A DNA stretch of 58,552 nt, filler included, from Sphacelaria rigidula (Eukaryota), in NCBI GenBank assembly GCA_964200075.2. It is 9 parts of 9 records of this genome, joined end to end, with 100 filler letters (N's around TTAATTAATTAA, not from the genome) between each part and the next. Parts side by side here need not be neighbours in the genome. Positions count along the whole stretch, not along the records: positions 1 to 6,418 come from CAXNAA020020190.1; positions 6,519 to 12,935 come from CAXNAA020020191.1; positions 13,036 to 19,452 come from CAXNAA020020192.1; 6 more parts are not named here. One strand, 5' to 3'. The notes under the pieces were generated by a model. That model did no database searches and was not told where the DNA came from. It saw nothing but the letters and a program-made list of their open reading frames with translations. Below are positions 1 through 13,290 of this stretch, piece by piece. The position numbers were made by a program, and so were the translations under genes. Positions within the stretch are counted from its first letter, which is position 1. Every line of letters starts with the position of its first letter.

Positions 1-1204
1 CCGCTCATCATGGTGTCGGGTAACGAGCGTCGTTTCAATCGTGTAGAAGCAGTCTGAAAGATTGAACTCTTTTTTTTTCATAGGTGCTCCGAATTTGAGT
101 ACATTAGGACATGTTGTGACCGTGTGTGACATCTCGCTGACGCTCTGCAGACGCGAGTCAGTAGAGTAGAGCAACAAGGTCCAGATCGCAGCACTGACGC
201 ACCCCTCTGCACCGCGCTAGCAACAGTCAGGTCACCACCATATAGGTATATTTCTTCACTCCGCATGTCAAGAAGGTCTCCACAAGTGTGTGATCTCTCT
301 CAAACACACCCAACTGGCCTGTGGCGGGCTTTTGGGGTCGGGCGCCTGAATGGTCAGATATCTCAGGGTAGACTCAACGTTGAATGACACCCCCACGTTC
401 AAATTGGATCATCTCTTATTTTTGCCCCAGCGCACCGTCCTTGCTGGCATGTGTGTAGCAGGGAACAGTAGTAGCGGTGATGGGAACATTGCCCTGTTTT
501 TCGGCGCACAGAGGCGCGTGCTGTCCAAAAAGAGAGGCGGAGAGAAATCGATCTCGGCATTGGTGAGCTCCAGAGGCAAGAAAAGACGAAATCTCTCCGC
601 AGCTCGACGTTTTTTGGTGATACCTACCGGCAAATGAGAAATTCCGCACGTGCTGGTAACATCCATAATGCCGATCTGTCGAGCGATTGTAATCGCCCAG
701 CGAGGGCACACAAAGGACACGGGCGAGGAGCTTCCTTTCTGTCGTTGCTTCTCTCTTTGGTGGTATCGTCATCGACACGCGTGTACACCGCAGACGTTTG
801 ATGCATTCAGCCACAATTGATTCTCTGCTCCAGAGTTTTGGGTGGAAATATGGTTTCGCTGTGTTACTGTTTCGCTTCATCCCTGCAAAAAAGATATGCC
901 ACCTGAACCTCATATTTGAGATGGCCCCCATTTTTTAGGATCCGCTGTTGGTTGTCAAAAACAGGGGGGAAACTGACGGCATTATCCTCGTCGATTGATC
1001 GTTTGTTATTGAAAATGCAAGTTTGGCCAAGAACCAAACCGTGACCTACGGAAAACGCAAAGGTGCTCTGGAACGGCCTCAGCGAGTAGAGCAAGTCCTT
1101 CCAAAGTGTCAACATCCGCCTGGTCCTCTTAACGGGCGAAAAACGACGGAGAAGGGCCAAAAACGCACTTTTCAACAAGTTTGATTTTTATACGTAAGAA
1201 GTAG

Positions 1205-1975
1205 CCTAACTGCTTCGAGGGCACCTTTGGGACCCAGTAATAATCTTGTCGTATGGACCATCACGCCAGATATATATGCATCACCCACTGTTCACAGATT
1301 GAACCATGCAAACCTCGCAACACTTATTCCCGCAGCTGCCACTACAACAGCAAAGAGCACGAGTTGGATACAGGGGTATAGATACACACTGCCGTAGTCG
1401 AGTATGACGCATATCTTGTCGGTAAAAGCTTGAGCATCTTTTGTCATGGTAGGGATCGCGGCGACGGAACTGCGCGTGGTAGGGTGCGGGAAATAACCGG
1501 CGACTTCTTGCATACACACTCGTGGACAGTGCAGGCAGACCAAGCTGCGCACACACTGTACAAGTCCTTTTCACGTTGCACATTAAGCAGAAAATATATG
1601 TATAGTCCTGCGGTGTCCGTACTGCACTTTGCCCCCTTCCCTTTCACGTCCTACTGACTGCAGTTGTGCGCATGCTGCAAGAACGGGCGTCGTGATGTAT
1701 ACTGTAGCTGACGGTATGTAAGACCCCCATGCACCCAAAGTTACAGGAATCCACTTTGTTTAGCCATGCGTAGCGCATATGCCGCGCTGACTCTGGAGTA
1801 TATTGCATATAAGCACAACATGGTACTACCCTGCACGGTATTGTACAGTTCAGTACAGCACCAAGCCGTGCTTATTGTTGTGATGGTCATATCGTCATCA
1901 ACCTACAGAATAAACCGCGACAATCATAACTTTCCGCGTGTTCAATCGAAAAAGTGCTTTGGTATTGATATGGTA
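1205..1975 (+). repeat. Copy 1 of a ~770-bp diverged direct repeat (copy 2 at 2394-3439)
   Basis: Both copies start CCTAACTGCTTCGAGGGCACCTTTGG and end ...TCAATCGAAAAAGTGCTTTG.TATTGATAT; they are colinear except for a 252-bp insertion in copy 2. Confidence 0.9.
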
Positions 1976-2393
1976 CACACGCGGCCATTCGGCTACCCCC
2001 TTGAAAATCCTCTATCGCGATGTTCATCCTCTCAAGGGTAAAGTGATCCTCCGCAGGATGAAAGTACCCTCTACCCTCCGGAGGATAATAATACCCTCTA
2101 GAGGGTATTTTATACTTAGTTTCGGTCATGAACCGAACCCTCCGGAGGGCATCTGATGCTCCAGTGACTTCTGAGGTCTGAATCCCTCCAGAGAACCAAA
2201 AATATGGTGCTCTGGAGCAAGTGGTTTTCGTGAATGTCCCTTAGAGGGTAATGTAAACAGCAGAGGGGAATATGGGCATCATTCCTCTGGAGGCGGGACC
2301 GACTATGGCCTCTAGAGCATTTGTTGCGACTCCGGAGGACATAGCTGTGCAGTATCTTCCAGCGTGTACATTTACACTTGGGTGCACTTGTGT

Positions 2394-3439
2394 CCTAACT
2401 GCTTCGAGGGCACCTTTGGAACCCCAGCAATCTCATGGTATGGACCATCACGCCAGATATATATGTATCACCCGCCGTTTACAGATTAAATTGTAAACCC
2501 GACATCACTTATTCCCAGCTATAATACCACAACAATAACCCTGCAGCAAAGAGCACGAGTTGGGCACAGGGATATAGATACACACTGCCGTAGAGCCATG
2601 CTACGATAGGGGGGGGGGGGTGTTCGATTCCACGAAAACATGTGCTCATAGATGCATCAAACGACCTAAAACACTCGCGGTGCGCTTGTATTCGGGTAAA
2701 AGGGGTGTAAGGCAGTATGGACAAACGTTATTTATCGGGAGCAAGCGCGTTCGAACAACTGTGGGCTGCTTTCAACAGCGATTGAAGCAGAATTTCATGG
2801 AATAAAACGGCCCAAAATACCCCCCCCCTACCCTAGCATGACTCCGTAGTTGGGTATGATATATATCTTGTTGGTCGAAGTTTAAACTTGAGCATCTTCT
2901 TACATGGTCGCGGAGTCGCGCGGTGCCGGAACCATGCGCGGTAGGGCGCGGGCAATAACTGGCGGCTTATTGGATACACACCCATGGACAGCGCAGGCAG
3001 ACAAAGCTGTGCACATTGTTTAAGTTCTTTTCACTTCGCACTGTGAGCACAAACATATATATTATCATGCGCTGTCTGTATTGTATTTTGCCCGCTTCCC
3101 TTTCACGTCCTACTGACTGCAGTGGTGAGTATGCCGCAAGAACGGGCGTCGTGACGTACACTCAGTAGCTGACGGTATATAACACCGCCATGCACCCAAA
3201 GTTACAGGCATTCACTTTGTTTAGCCCTACGTAGCGCATATGCCGCGCTGACTCTGGAGTATATTGCACCGCACATGTATAAGCACGATATGATACTGTC
3301 CTGCACGGTATTGTACAGTTCAGTACCGCACCAAACCGTGCTTATTGTTGTTATGGTCATATCGTCGACATACAGGACAAACCGCGATCATACTTTTTCG
3401 CGTGTTCAATCGAAAAAGTGCTTTGATATTGATATCGTA
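2394..3439 (+). repeat. Copy 2 of the ~770-bp direct repeat, interrupted by a MITE
   Basis: Aligns to 1205-1975 on both sides of 2593-2844. Confidence 0.9.
2593..2844. mobile_element. 252-bp MITE, GAG...CTC termini, 4-bp TSD CGTA (Sola-like)
   Basis: TIRs GAGCCATGCTACGATAGGGGGGGG / CCCCCCCCCTACCCTAGCATGACTC; CGTA at 2589-2592 and 2845-2848; empty site TGCCGTAGTC in copy 1 (~1390); a second family member starts at 45456. Confidence 0.88.
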
Positions 3440-3548
3440 GACTCGGGACGACGGGGTTTCAAAACATGTATGTATACATCTCAGAGGTTCATGCACGCTC
3501 TACACTACTACCTCCAGCGGAAGCTGTACAGCGTGGCCATGTGAACAT

Positions 3549-4355
3549 ACACTCGCAGTGTATGGGATTTGTAACTAGCCGAGGCTGTTGAAGACTTCAA
3601 TCCCCTTGCCCAGTTGATACATTTATTCGGGGGCAAGAGGATGAGTTCTTAACAATTCCTTTCATCTCTCGATTCTCACCCACGGATGCGGTGCAGTATG
3701 TGTAACTTGAATAGCGGAAGCTGCTCGCACATAAGTTTTGTTTTGCCCGATTCCAGGCATTGGCGGGCAAAAAGGATTTATTTCGAATATAGCTTCTGGT
3801 GTACAAATCCTATTTACGAGTGTATATGGGACTCTTAGACTGGAAGCTGTTCTAAAAAAACCCTTTTTGCCCAATTCCAAATGTGGAATTATGATGTATT
3901 TCGAACAGCAGAGGCTGTGTAAATTCCAGATTCTCACAGGACTTGTGCCTTCAGAAACAATCCAGGGGATTTGAATATTGACACAGACCTTCGAGGGCCC
4001 TAACATCGAAAATCCTCTAGAGGATCATACACTCGCAACCAATGTATGGGACTTGGATGCTGCCGAGGCTGTTGAAGTATTCTATCCCCTTGCCCGATTG
4101 ATATATTAATTGAGGGGCAGGATGATGAATTTTCAACAATTTATGCTGCTCCCCGAATCTCATCCGCTGATACGGTGCAGTATGTGGAACTTGAACGTCA
4201 GAAGCTGCTCGCAAATATTTTGTTTTTGCCCAATTTCAGGTATTGGCGGGCAAAATGGGTGTTTATTTCGAACAACTCCTATAGTACGAATTCAATCTGC
4301 GAGTACATACGGGATTTGTGCACCAGAAGCTGTTCGAAATAAGTCCTTTTTAGGG
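3549..4355 (+). repeat. Two diverged ~320-bp direct repeats (3549-3870 and 4029-4355)
   Basis: Both begin ACACTCGCA..GTATGGGA.TTG...GCCGAGGCTGTTGAAG and share CGGTGCAGTATGTG, GAAGCTGCTCGCA, ATTGGCGGGCAAAA and GAAGCTGTTC in order. Confidence 0.85.
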
Positions 4356-5022
4356 CCGTGATCATCGACACATTGTTTTCGGAAATCGCCAATTATTAAG
4401 GCGTTCTCGCACCTGGCGCTTGGCGTTCTCCAAAAATGAAGCGGCTAGATTTTTCGCCAAGCCTTCACGTTTGGCGAATGCCGAACATTTCGGACCGCAG
4501 CGCAATACTTCGCAGAGCTGCCCCTGGCGACCGCCGTGGAGCTCGCAAGCATGCGAGAATCATCAGAAACCTTGCTGGTGACACCCTGGGGTATGTTGTA
4601 GAGTTAAAAGCACCGCGGGTTGGCGGTATCTATCTCCTTGAATGGTGTGTGCCCCGGCAGTGGTGTGGGAGCTGTTGGGGTCAAGCACGATGGTCGTCGT
4701 TTGCAGACATCCGCACTTTCGAAGTGAAAAGCAGAAACAATCCAGTCGCCACCTACTTGCCAGCAGTGCTGCTACGAGTGTACGCTACCGCACTGTCTGA
4801 AAAGAGTATAGCTGGTGATTTGATTGGGTGTATCTGCGCATGCAACTCACTGAAAGCAAACATGCTGCAATCTTTGCACGGGGCTTTCTACGGTCGGTAT
4901 TTTTACTCATGTATGCTGCTGCAGCATCCCGAGAGAGCCGGTCAATCACGCCCTAGCTTGTCCGACTCCCCCCCCGTGTCACAGAGAGGTTGTGAGAAAG
5001 ATGTTCACCACAGTTATGAACG

Positions 5023-5355
5023 CACACTCGGCCATTTGGCTACACCCCAAAATGCCTCCGGAGGGATGCGTGGCTCTCCAGGGGGAAAATAAGCCTCCGC
5101 AGGCTTTCAATACCTCTGGAGGAAATCAAACTCTACCGACCCTGAGGGCCGCGCACCCCTCCGGAGGAATGTGGGGGTATGCGCGGCCTTCCAGAGGCAA
5201 ACGTAAGCCTCCGGAGGCGTTTAATCTCTTTGGAAGAGGCCAAAAAATCTCCTCTGGAGGGCCACGTACCCCTCCGGAGGCGTTTAATTCCTCTGGACGC
5301 TCGAAATGTTTACCCACCTGGAGGAATTCGGGAGGTAGCCAAATGGCCGCGTGTG
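5023..5355. mobile_element. Non-autonomous TIR element, CACAC...GTGTG ends, many internal CCTCCGGAGG palindromes; related left end at 1976-2340
   Basis: CACACTCGGCCATTTGGCTAC at 5023 and GTAGCCAAATGGCCGCGTGTG ending at 5355; about ten CCTC(C/T)GGAGG-like motifs inside; same TIR and motif at 1976 onward. No TSD found. Confidence 0.7.
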
Positions 5356-5542
5356 CACCATACACGGGCAGGTAGCGTAGAACTGTCTTTATTTTGCCGG
5401 CGAAGGCAAGCGAACGACGAGATCAACTCTACCTGTAATGAGATATCTAACAGCAACAGTAGATATAGACAACAATGAGCCTTCGGCGATTGCCGAAACG
5501 TCAGACCTTTTCCATGTGTTTCATGTGTCGATAATAACGGCC

Positions 5543-5777
5543 CTTAGGGCCCTTCTTAATGAGGGGGATTACCCTCTTTTTCACAATCCCCTCTTGACAA
5601 AGGATTGACCCCAGAACAACCAGTCCCGAGTTTTATCGAGAAGCAGTTTTGAAAAAATTGGAACCATGATCTGCACGTAGGCCGAGGAATTCGGCGGGTC
5701 TGGAAGTGGTCGTTAGTCCAAGCAGGCCCAAGGCCTGTGTAGTGCTGCAGACAATGCACAACAAGGCAGCACAACAC
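5543..5777 (+). repeat. Dispersed repeat family shared with 44997-45330
   Basis: TTAGGGCCCTTCTTAA..GGGGATTA...GATCTGCACG...GTTAGTCCAAGC...TGCTGCAGAC..ACAACAAGGCA is colinear in both contigs. Confidence 0.88.
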
Positions 5778-6418
5778 TAGGCATTAGCTCCGTAAGCCCA
5801 TGAGCTCTCCAGCCTTGTTTTATGACCCACTTTAACCCTGTTGGGACCGACCCCCCACTAACACAGGGTTGACCCTGTGTCAGTGAAATAATAATAAACA
5901 AGTCTTCGAGCGATCTGCCCAATCACGGCGAGGCGAAATTTATCGACCAGACCCGAACGATCGGTGCTGGGGTTGTTGGCGAGGATGATGCCACTGTCAA
6001 GATCGTATGGGAACCCTATCCTTGGCCTAGATAAGCCTTCGCAGGTTTCCAAATGCAGGACGGTCCGAGCTTGGTATCTGATGTGACTTGCACTCAGTAT
6101 ACCTTTCCCGAGTTTTCCGGTGGGTTTTTTGGGTCTCAATTTCCTACTAAAACGTAGTAATTACATTAACACAGGGTCGACCGGAAAACCGGAAAGGAGT
6201 GTACATGCTACCATGTGGTCATTTTCACCACCCCCTAAAACCAGCTGGGCTGTCGAAACACAAAATGATCTACTGTCATGAGTCCTGCTTATCCCTCTGG
6301 CGACCTGCAGGGTGCAATCAACATGTATGTGGTGGGCGGGGATGAAGAAGCGGTATAGAGGCAGTTGATCTCGGTAGCTGAGAATTGCCCAGAACGTGCA
6401 AGGGAGTAAGCAGCGGCA

Positions 6419-6518
6419 NNNNNNNNNNNNNNNNNNNNNNNNNNNNNNNNNNNNNNNNNNNNTTAATTAATTAANNNNNNNNNNNNNNNNNNNNNNNNNN
6501 NNNNNNNNNNNNNNNNNN
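6419..6518. other. Artificial contig spacer (44 N + TTAATTAATTAA + 44 N); identical spacers at 12936-13035, 19453-19552, 25970-26069, 32487-32586, 39004-39103, 45521-45620, 52037-52136
   Basis: Eight identical 100-nt spacers with a six-frame stop linker, separating segments of 6418, 6417 (x6) and 6416 (x2) bp, i.e. a length-sorted concatenation of contigs. Confidence 0.98.
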
Positions 6519-6570
6519 TGGTCTGATGACTATGGCATGCATGATCATGAGTACACCCCCGCCCCCCCCA
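6519..6570 (+). repeat. Terminus of a high-copy repeat at contig starts (also 19553-19630, 32587-32630)
   Basis: GGTCTGATGAC.ATGGCATGCATGATCAT..GTAC followed by a C-rich tract begins three unrelated contigs. Confidence 0.85.
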
Positions 6571-7970
6571 TCACCTGTATTTGCACATTTGGAGCACCTG
6601 GCCGTTATGTGAAGTAGCCTAGTGCGAAGGCTCAGCAAATTGTACGTAGAGCACCGTATGCTCTTCTCATAGACTGCCCGAACATTAAAGCCCCACGATA
6701 AAGACCCTGTCCTGTATTACAGTGGATCTCAAGACAACACACTTCATACAGGGATCGTGCTTTGATTAGGTGCATTCTCTACAGGGCCTAATACGGCACT
6801 GATTTCCATTACAACGTGAACGCTCTCACATTCACCTCGAGGAAATGTTCGCCAACTGTGTGCGGGAACGTCCATCCCCTACTTTCGAAGTCAAATCCGA
6901 TTCAAGTTTTCGTGTGGTGAAGGTGTGTGACCATGCACGGGTCAGTAGCGAGCACATGAAGAAGCAAACAGATGTATTACGTCGCGATCAACTCGCCATC
7001 AATGAAGGTGGGACGTACATGTGCTCCTCCTGCTCAGGCGGCTTGATGCCCACCGGGACTATTTCATCAGCATAGCTTGTAGAGATGATTATATATATGC
7101 ATATATATATACATATACAAATACACGTCACGCCGCACCGGCTCAGCTCTGGGACATGAGGAATCTGATAGGAACATGATACCACTAGGGTTCAGGCTTG
7201 GGTTATACTTGAGGTGCACCCCGTTATCGCCCAGCTCTCAGCTTGATTTAAGCTGAACGGTCTTTCGTATGTGCTGTTGTGGAGACAAGGGCTCGCGAAA
7301 TACTTGTTTCTGGTGGAAAGTGACTCCGACGTGAAAGTATCTAGTGGATATGTTACCAACAAGGTACGCATCCACAGTAACCGTAGCCGGAAACGGAGAT
7401 ATATGGGTGTAGCCATCGTGTGACGCTGAGCAGGTCTCACACCAACAACATAATGGTGTCTAAACAGACCCACCTCTCGAACATGGTCCACACTTGATCA
7501 AAGTCTCTGAGTCTACACCCCCGAGTGGTACATTTTCAAAAGGCTTCAAAAGCATTCACGTCCAACTGACGTCCCCTCACACCCCTACGCCATAGGATAT
7601 TCCCCAATACTCATGCATGCGCCAACCCACCGCGGCAGTTCTATCAGACCGTCTGCGGCACAACACTCGAAATAGTCAGACAGCATGAGCGCTCGGGCGA
7701 TAAATCAACCCTTCCGACAGGGAGGCATTCATCGTCAATTCTCCAGGTCGAACACTTCGAACATTTGTACCGCGTGTTCCTACTTGTACACATGATCTCA
7801 AGAGAGGGCCAAGATAGATCTCGAAAGCCTCGCACTCAAGAACCCAACAAAAACTTCATCCTTGAGAACTCAACAAACGTTTCGTAGTCAAAGGACGAAG
7901 GTCAAGTATGCAGAGTCGAGAGATAATTGACATCGCGCGGCAACAATAACATACCCAAACCATGCCGCCG

Positions 7971-8225
7971 CGCTCCGGTGGTGTAATGGTCCGACTGTCG
8001 CCAATAGGGTGAAGAGAACAAGGGTTCGATTCCCGATAGGTCGGGTTTTTCTGTTCGTTATATCTTATTCACACCGTGGAAAGCGTGAACACGGGAGTAA
8101 ACCAAGTAGTCGACTGAGTTTGTTTGACGCGGGTTGACGGAATGCGGGAGTGCTGACCCAATCCGCGAGATCAAAATGCAAGGCGTGTACCGGGGGAGGG
8201 ATGGGATTGTCTCTTGAGACCACGG
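7971..8225 (+). mobile_element. tRNA-derived SINE, family B
   Basis: A-box-like TGGTGTAATGG (~7979), B box GGTTCGATTCC (~8022), then a ~170-bp body ending GAGACCAC; homologs on the minus strand at 17188-17365 and 23764-24019. Confidence 0.8.
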
Positions 8226-9944
8226 ACTCGTCTCGGGGAAGGGGAGGGGTTCAAAGTGTAACGAAAACAAAATGTCCAACTATCACGTACGGCTCAGCGA
8301 AGAGCACGCGAGCTCAACGTCATTTCTCATATCTCGTCTTCTTACCCCAAGCTCAGCGGTGCCACGACGCGCGCCCAGGAGTGCTCGCCCACACGCTGCA
8401 TGCACATGCCGAAGTCGACCAAGCTCAGCCACGAATCGGCACCGATCGCGGCGCCGACGCCGACGCCTTCGCCACCATCGTTCGCTTCTTCAGCGTCTGG
8501 GCTGCAAGAGCCCGCAGCAGTGATGGCCTCAGGGAGGGAGGATGACGGTGTGGATATTTTTAACGTGGGGGACAGCCTGCGAAGATTGACGAGATTGGTG
8601 AGATCGGGAAGGGCCGGGGGGGAAGGGTGGCCGGGAGCACATTGTTCATCTCACTCCGTTGTACAACTTTGCCAGAAATGCTGAATGGAGAGCTGACTAT
8701 TTTGTCTCCAATTTTGTTTATATTTCAAGTGCTGACGACACAACGATCATACTCACGACCAACCATCGTACCTCTAGGCTTATTGCAAACGCTTCACTAT
8801 CACTTCTGTGGATCCCCGTCCCCCACCGCACTACTATTCGAACCCTCGCTCGTTCCATTACTCCCGTAATCACCCCACATGTCATGAGGGGCACGTCATT
8901 TGAGACCGAGATGGGCACGGCCTGTCCCGATGAGTACACCATAGCGAAGGCTTGTCCCATCTACTGGGGACCCTCAATACACTGCGCCCCTTTAATTTGC
9001 CTGGTAGGGTGCGCAATATCGACGCAGGTAGAGGCATGTGTGCAAACATCTCAATCATGGCCTCTCGGACACGATTTGAGCAGCGATTGCAGTCATGTAC
9101 GCCCAAATAGACCGAAATCCAACTTTTCGGGTCATGGCTGAAAATACTGAAGCTGGCTCGACAATAGAGAGTTTTCTTCCCATCATAGCTTCTCGTCTGA
9201 ATGGACCAAATTTGGATTGAACAACCACTCGTGTAGGCGGTGAAGTACATGAAACACATTAGGGGTGGGTCGGCGGTTCGAGGGCATGTCTCGTTCATTT
9301 GATACGTGATCACCGATGGTGCCCTTTTTGAATCTTCCACTCATTTTTCTGGTTCCTTCATGCGTTTGCTTTTTATTTCACGTCTTTCCTCCGTGTGGTC
9401 AAAATGATCGGATTCTTCAATTCTTGTCCTTCATTAGCGACCGTTTCCGTTCCGATTTGTTCAACTTCGGTAGGTCTACCCCGTGCCCATGGCTGGGTCT
9501 CTCGGGGAACAGTGAACCCGTTGGTAACCAGAATAGGTCACCTGGGTCACGCAATGATTTCTCTAGTGAAACTGATGCCGATTCAAGAGATGATCTCCCC
9601 TGACCATGAAGAGGCTAATGTGCGACAAAACACCATATACCGGAGGTGGAGGGGGTTGTACAACGTACCCCTGAGATAGGACCAACAGCAGGTCCGACAT
9701 GACGCCAAAAATGATCGAAAGGCATCCCCGGGGGATGTCTCACGAAGTACCGCTACCGAACCACGACAAAAAGCAAGTAAAGCGCATGCTTACGCCCCGA
9801 GATTGAAGGGGAAAACCAACCAAGGTAGTGAGGATTGCAGATAATTTCTCGGTTGTTCTTCTAGCAGTTGAGGAGAAAAGGAAGGGGTCGTGTGAAGGAG
9901 GCGGGGGCGGTTGGAGTTCCCTGCAAACTTCTCTCCTTTCTCAC

Positions 9945-11992
9945 CTTAGCACTGAGAACTGCGTCGCGTTCGGACACGCTAGCAGCAGCCGATCGGCGCC
10001 TTCCCAAGGCACAATCTCCGAATCCTGCCCGAGCTTTTCGCCGATTTCCGCCTGCTTCTCTTTCGCTCCGCCAATCGAATATACATCCGCCCACTGTTCT
10101 TCCTCCTCATCATCATGATCACCTACGAACAGCGGATAGAAACAATCAATCAAGACTTGCAGGGTATTCACATCCTGTAGTAATCGCTTTTGACTACGAA
10201 GCTCTTCGGGGTCATGAATGAAAACGAAAAAGAACAAACTCGCACTTGCGCAAACATCCGATCGACTGACTGAGTGATTGTTGCTCATACACTAATCCGC
10301 CACCAGCCGTTGCCGAAAGACAGACGCGCGCAAGGAAAATGCGTTCAAGGAAATACCGTAGTCGCTGAGAAAGATTCGAGGAAGGGCAAGGATGAAGGAG
10401 GAAGAGAGGCCAAAAAGAGTAAAATGCAATATAAAATTACAGAAAACCTGCCAGTATGCAGCACCGGTCCCGGAAAATGACAAGGGAAATGGGAGGTCAC
10501 CGTCGCAGGGCTTCACGTAAGGAGACCGTACAAAGAAGTATTCAGCACGAAACACAGTGGTTGGAGCAAGGTACAGCTCAGATATCAAAGGATCACACGG
10601 ACACAAGAAGAATAAACGCTCCACCGAGCACCCGACCGTACCATAATAGGTAAAACAACGATGACGATGATGATGATGATGACGTCGCGGCACAACACGT
10701 TCTAGAGCAGCATATGCCACTGTGTCGATTAAGTCGGCGTCAAGGAGTTATTTTGGGTGGTCTGTTGCGACAGAAACGTTTTCAGCTTTCACTACGGAAA
10801 GATTGCACCGCACCAAAAATTACACGTTCTGTGCCACGTATATTACGGTCAGACGTAAACACCGAGAGAGAGCGCCCGACAATATTGCAGAACCATGATA
10901 CGTCTATCGCGCAGATACTCCCGACAAAAAAAGTATTCGAATGAAGTGAAAGCCTCCATTCTTTCCTATCCTATCCAATGTACTCGAGAGCACTTCTCCT
11001 CCAACACACGACCGGTACCCGCCGCTTCGGATATCCTCGTGATTTGAATAATTCCGAGTCTACGGTCACAGGTTGCTCCCCGCCGAGAGAGTGATTTCAG
11101 ATGGATCAGAAAGGCTCAGCTGAGCCATCAAGCCAGGCGATCATGTTGGAAGAAGCTTTCATGATGGTCGGATGAGGAAACGAGGTTGACGAATCCCAGG
11201 AACCCCAGGAACGTCACGAACGTCGAGGACGTCAGGAATGTGCCCCTTCCATCACCCTCACTATTCCGAGCATCAAAACTGGAAGTAATTGCGTATCACT
11301 ACCGATTGATGTGACGAGTGACGTCGTGCGCTCGCTGGTTGATCTCTAACGATTTTGAGGGGCAGATGCTCAGAACGCTCACGTCATGATCAGCAGCGTT
11401 ATATGCCAATTTCTGCTTTATTTCACACCCTAGACAACGGATTTCACTGGTACAAACGTGGACTGCGCAAGTATCGAATGTCTAGACGCACTATGCGATA
11501 CTGTACGCAGCATACATTTAGCCAATGTAGTCCGTTGTCCCAGGCTATGTCTTCACAAGCCATTGTTCTACCTCGCACACAGGTGACTAACTTCTTTTGC
11601 AGCAGCAGTTTAGACCAGCTTCGTCCGCTCTATAGAAGAAAGCTATCATCACTATACCTCTTGCAGCTAGGGTACTCTTTTCTCTCCACCACGGTTACAT
11701 TCTATCATATTTTACTGTAATAAAAATCGAATACATTACTATTCCGATTTTCACCTGAGAAAACAGAATAATTTGCAAGGCAACCTGCAGGTATTATCTA
11801 ACCGTTATCACAGAGTACAAATACCAGGTACAGGCAATCTTTCACCTCTAGCAGCCGACTTCTTCCTCAGCAGCACTGCATGGCCAGGCTCCAACCGCTC
11901 GGTCAGCTTGCTGCACTCGAGGAAAACCACATCTACGGAGACGCCGGCATCTGAATCTTTGGGGACACTGGTAGTGCCGCCGCTGCGCCCAT
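9945..11992 (-). CDS. Two putative internal exons of an unidentified protein (11992-11846, 10122-9945)
   Basis: CAG|AT...GAG|GTGAAA and TAG|GT...AAG|GTGAGA junctions are phase-1 compatible, giving ...DVVFLECSKLTERLEPGHAVLLRKKSAARGDHDDEEEEQWADVYSIGG...; no recognised domain. Confidence 0.5.
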
Positions 11993-13231
11993 CTGGGATG
12001 CATAAAATGAGACCGGGCAAAAGAGCAACGTGGATCGAAAAGCTCCGGGGGTTGATATCGTGCAGGCATAAACCAAGAGCACGTTGAGCACACGGGGGGG
12101 TTGCTTTTCCTGCGGCCAATCAAGCTCTAGTGTAAAACGATTGCACATTTCCTGCGATTTCTCTTGGTTCGGGAAAAGGGGGAGAGGGGATATTAACAGA
12201 GCTCAGTCTGCCCGGTAAGCTTTCATCGAGAGTTGAGCTGCCGACTATTAGCGGTACGGGGGCGGTGCGTGCGTAAACCTTGAATGTGACAAAGATAACA
12301 GTGGTGCAGTTTCGGGGGGGCGGGGGTCAATGTATCACAATGGACATGAACCGTGGCTTCGTGTGGGGAGACACAAGATGATGGGCTGTGCACAGTTTGT
12401 TTCAAGAGAAGAAGAAAAAAGACGGAAACGCTTCCCTAGAAATATGAAGAAACGAAAAAATCGAAGGGCAAGAGCATTGCGCGAACACGCTATACCTACA
12501 ACCGCAACGCATGGGAAAAGACAGAGCTTGTAATGTCATGTCTTCAATAATCGAACGTACAGTACCGCCGCCGCTACCTTTGTCCCCGCCTGATGTGGTC
12601 TGCTATATCAATAAAGCCACGCGTACGACATAACAACAAAACTTCTGCATATCCTGGACTTTCGCTGTAAGATACGCCATGCTTAAGACGAAATTGATTT
12701 TCCAGCGTGTGAGAAATATTGCTCGATACCTGACACAGCATGTGACAACGCTTCGGACGACTTGTCCTGACGACCGTGTAGTAAATATGCTCAGAACATG
12801 CTTCCTGAGGTAAACCGACGATCTCCTTTTCTGTGCTGCTGTACTTTACGTGCGTGTAAATGCTTTTTCGTGTAGATGTTTTTGTTTCTTGCCTTCTTCT
12901 GCGGGCTGTTTGGGTTATGGGTATATTGGTGGTATNNNNNNNNNNNNNNNNNNNNNNNNNNNNNNNNNNNNNNNNNNNNTTAATTAATTAANNNNNNNNN
13001 NNNNNNNNNNNNNNNNNNNNNNNNNNNNNNNNNNNCGCCCCCCCTCCCCCCCCCCTCCCTCCCTCCATCCCGAGTAGTTACTGTGCTGCTATCAGATCAA
13101 TCCTACCAAAGACATATACACCCGTACAGAAACGAGGTACATCTCTCCCTGTCCCCCACTACCTCTCTATCTCTCTCCCTCTTTACGAATTAACATCGTG
13201 CCCATTTTTGTCACGAACCATGGCTAACGCG

Positions 13232-13232
<1 letters not shown>

Positions 13233-13288
<56 letters not shown>
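13233..13288. repeat. (CTG)n microsatellite
   Basis: Perfect CTG run. Confidence 0.95.

Positions 13289-13290
<2 letters not shown>

Noticed and set aside
4436..5092. 218-aa ORF
   Set aside because: No recognisable domain, atypical composition, and it runs into a TIR element.
7971..8050. Functional tRNA genes (also 41474, 42140, 35190, 52137)
   Set aside because: A/B boxes are present but acceptor and anticodon stems do not pair convincingly, and the heads are attached to shared SINE bodies.
8406..8597. Possible plus-strand first exon (MPKSTK...LRRLTRL, G|GTGAGA)
   Set aside because: Plausible but unsupported by any partner exon or homology.
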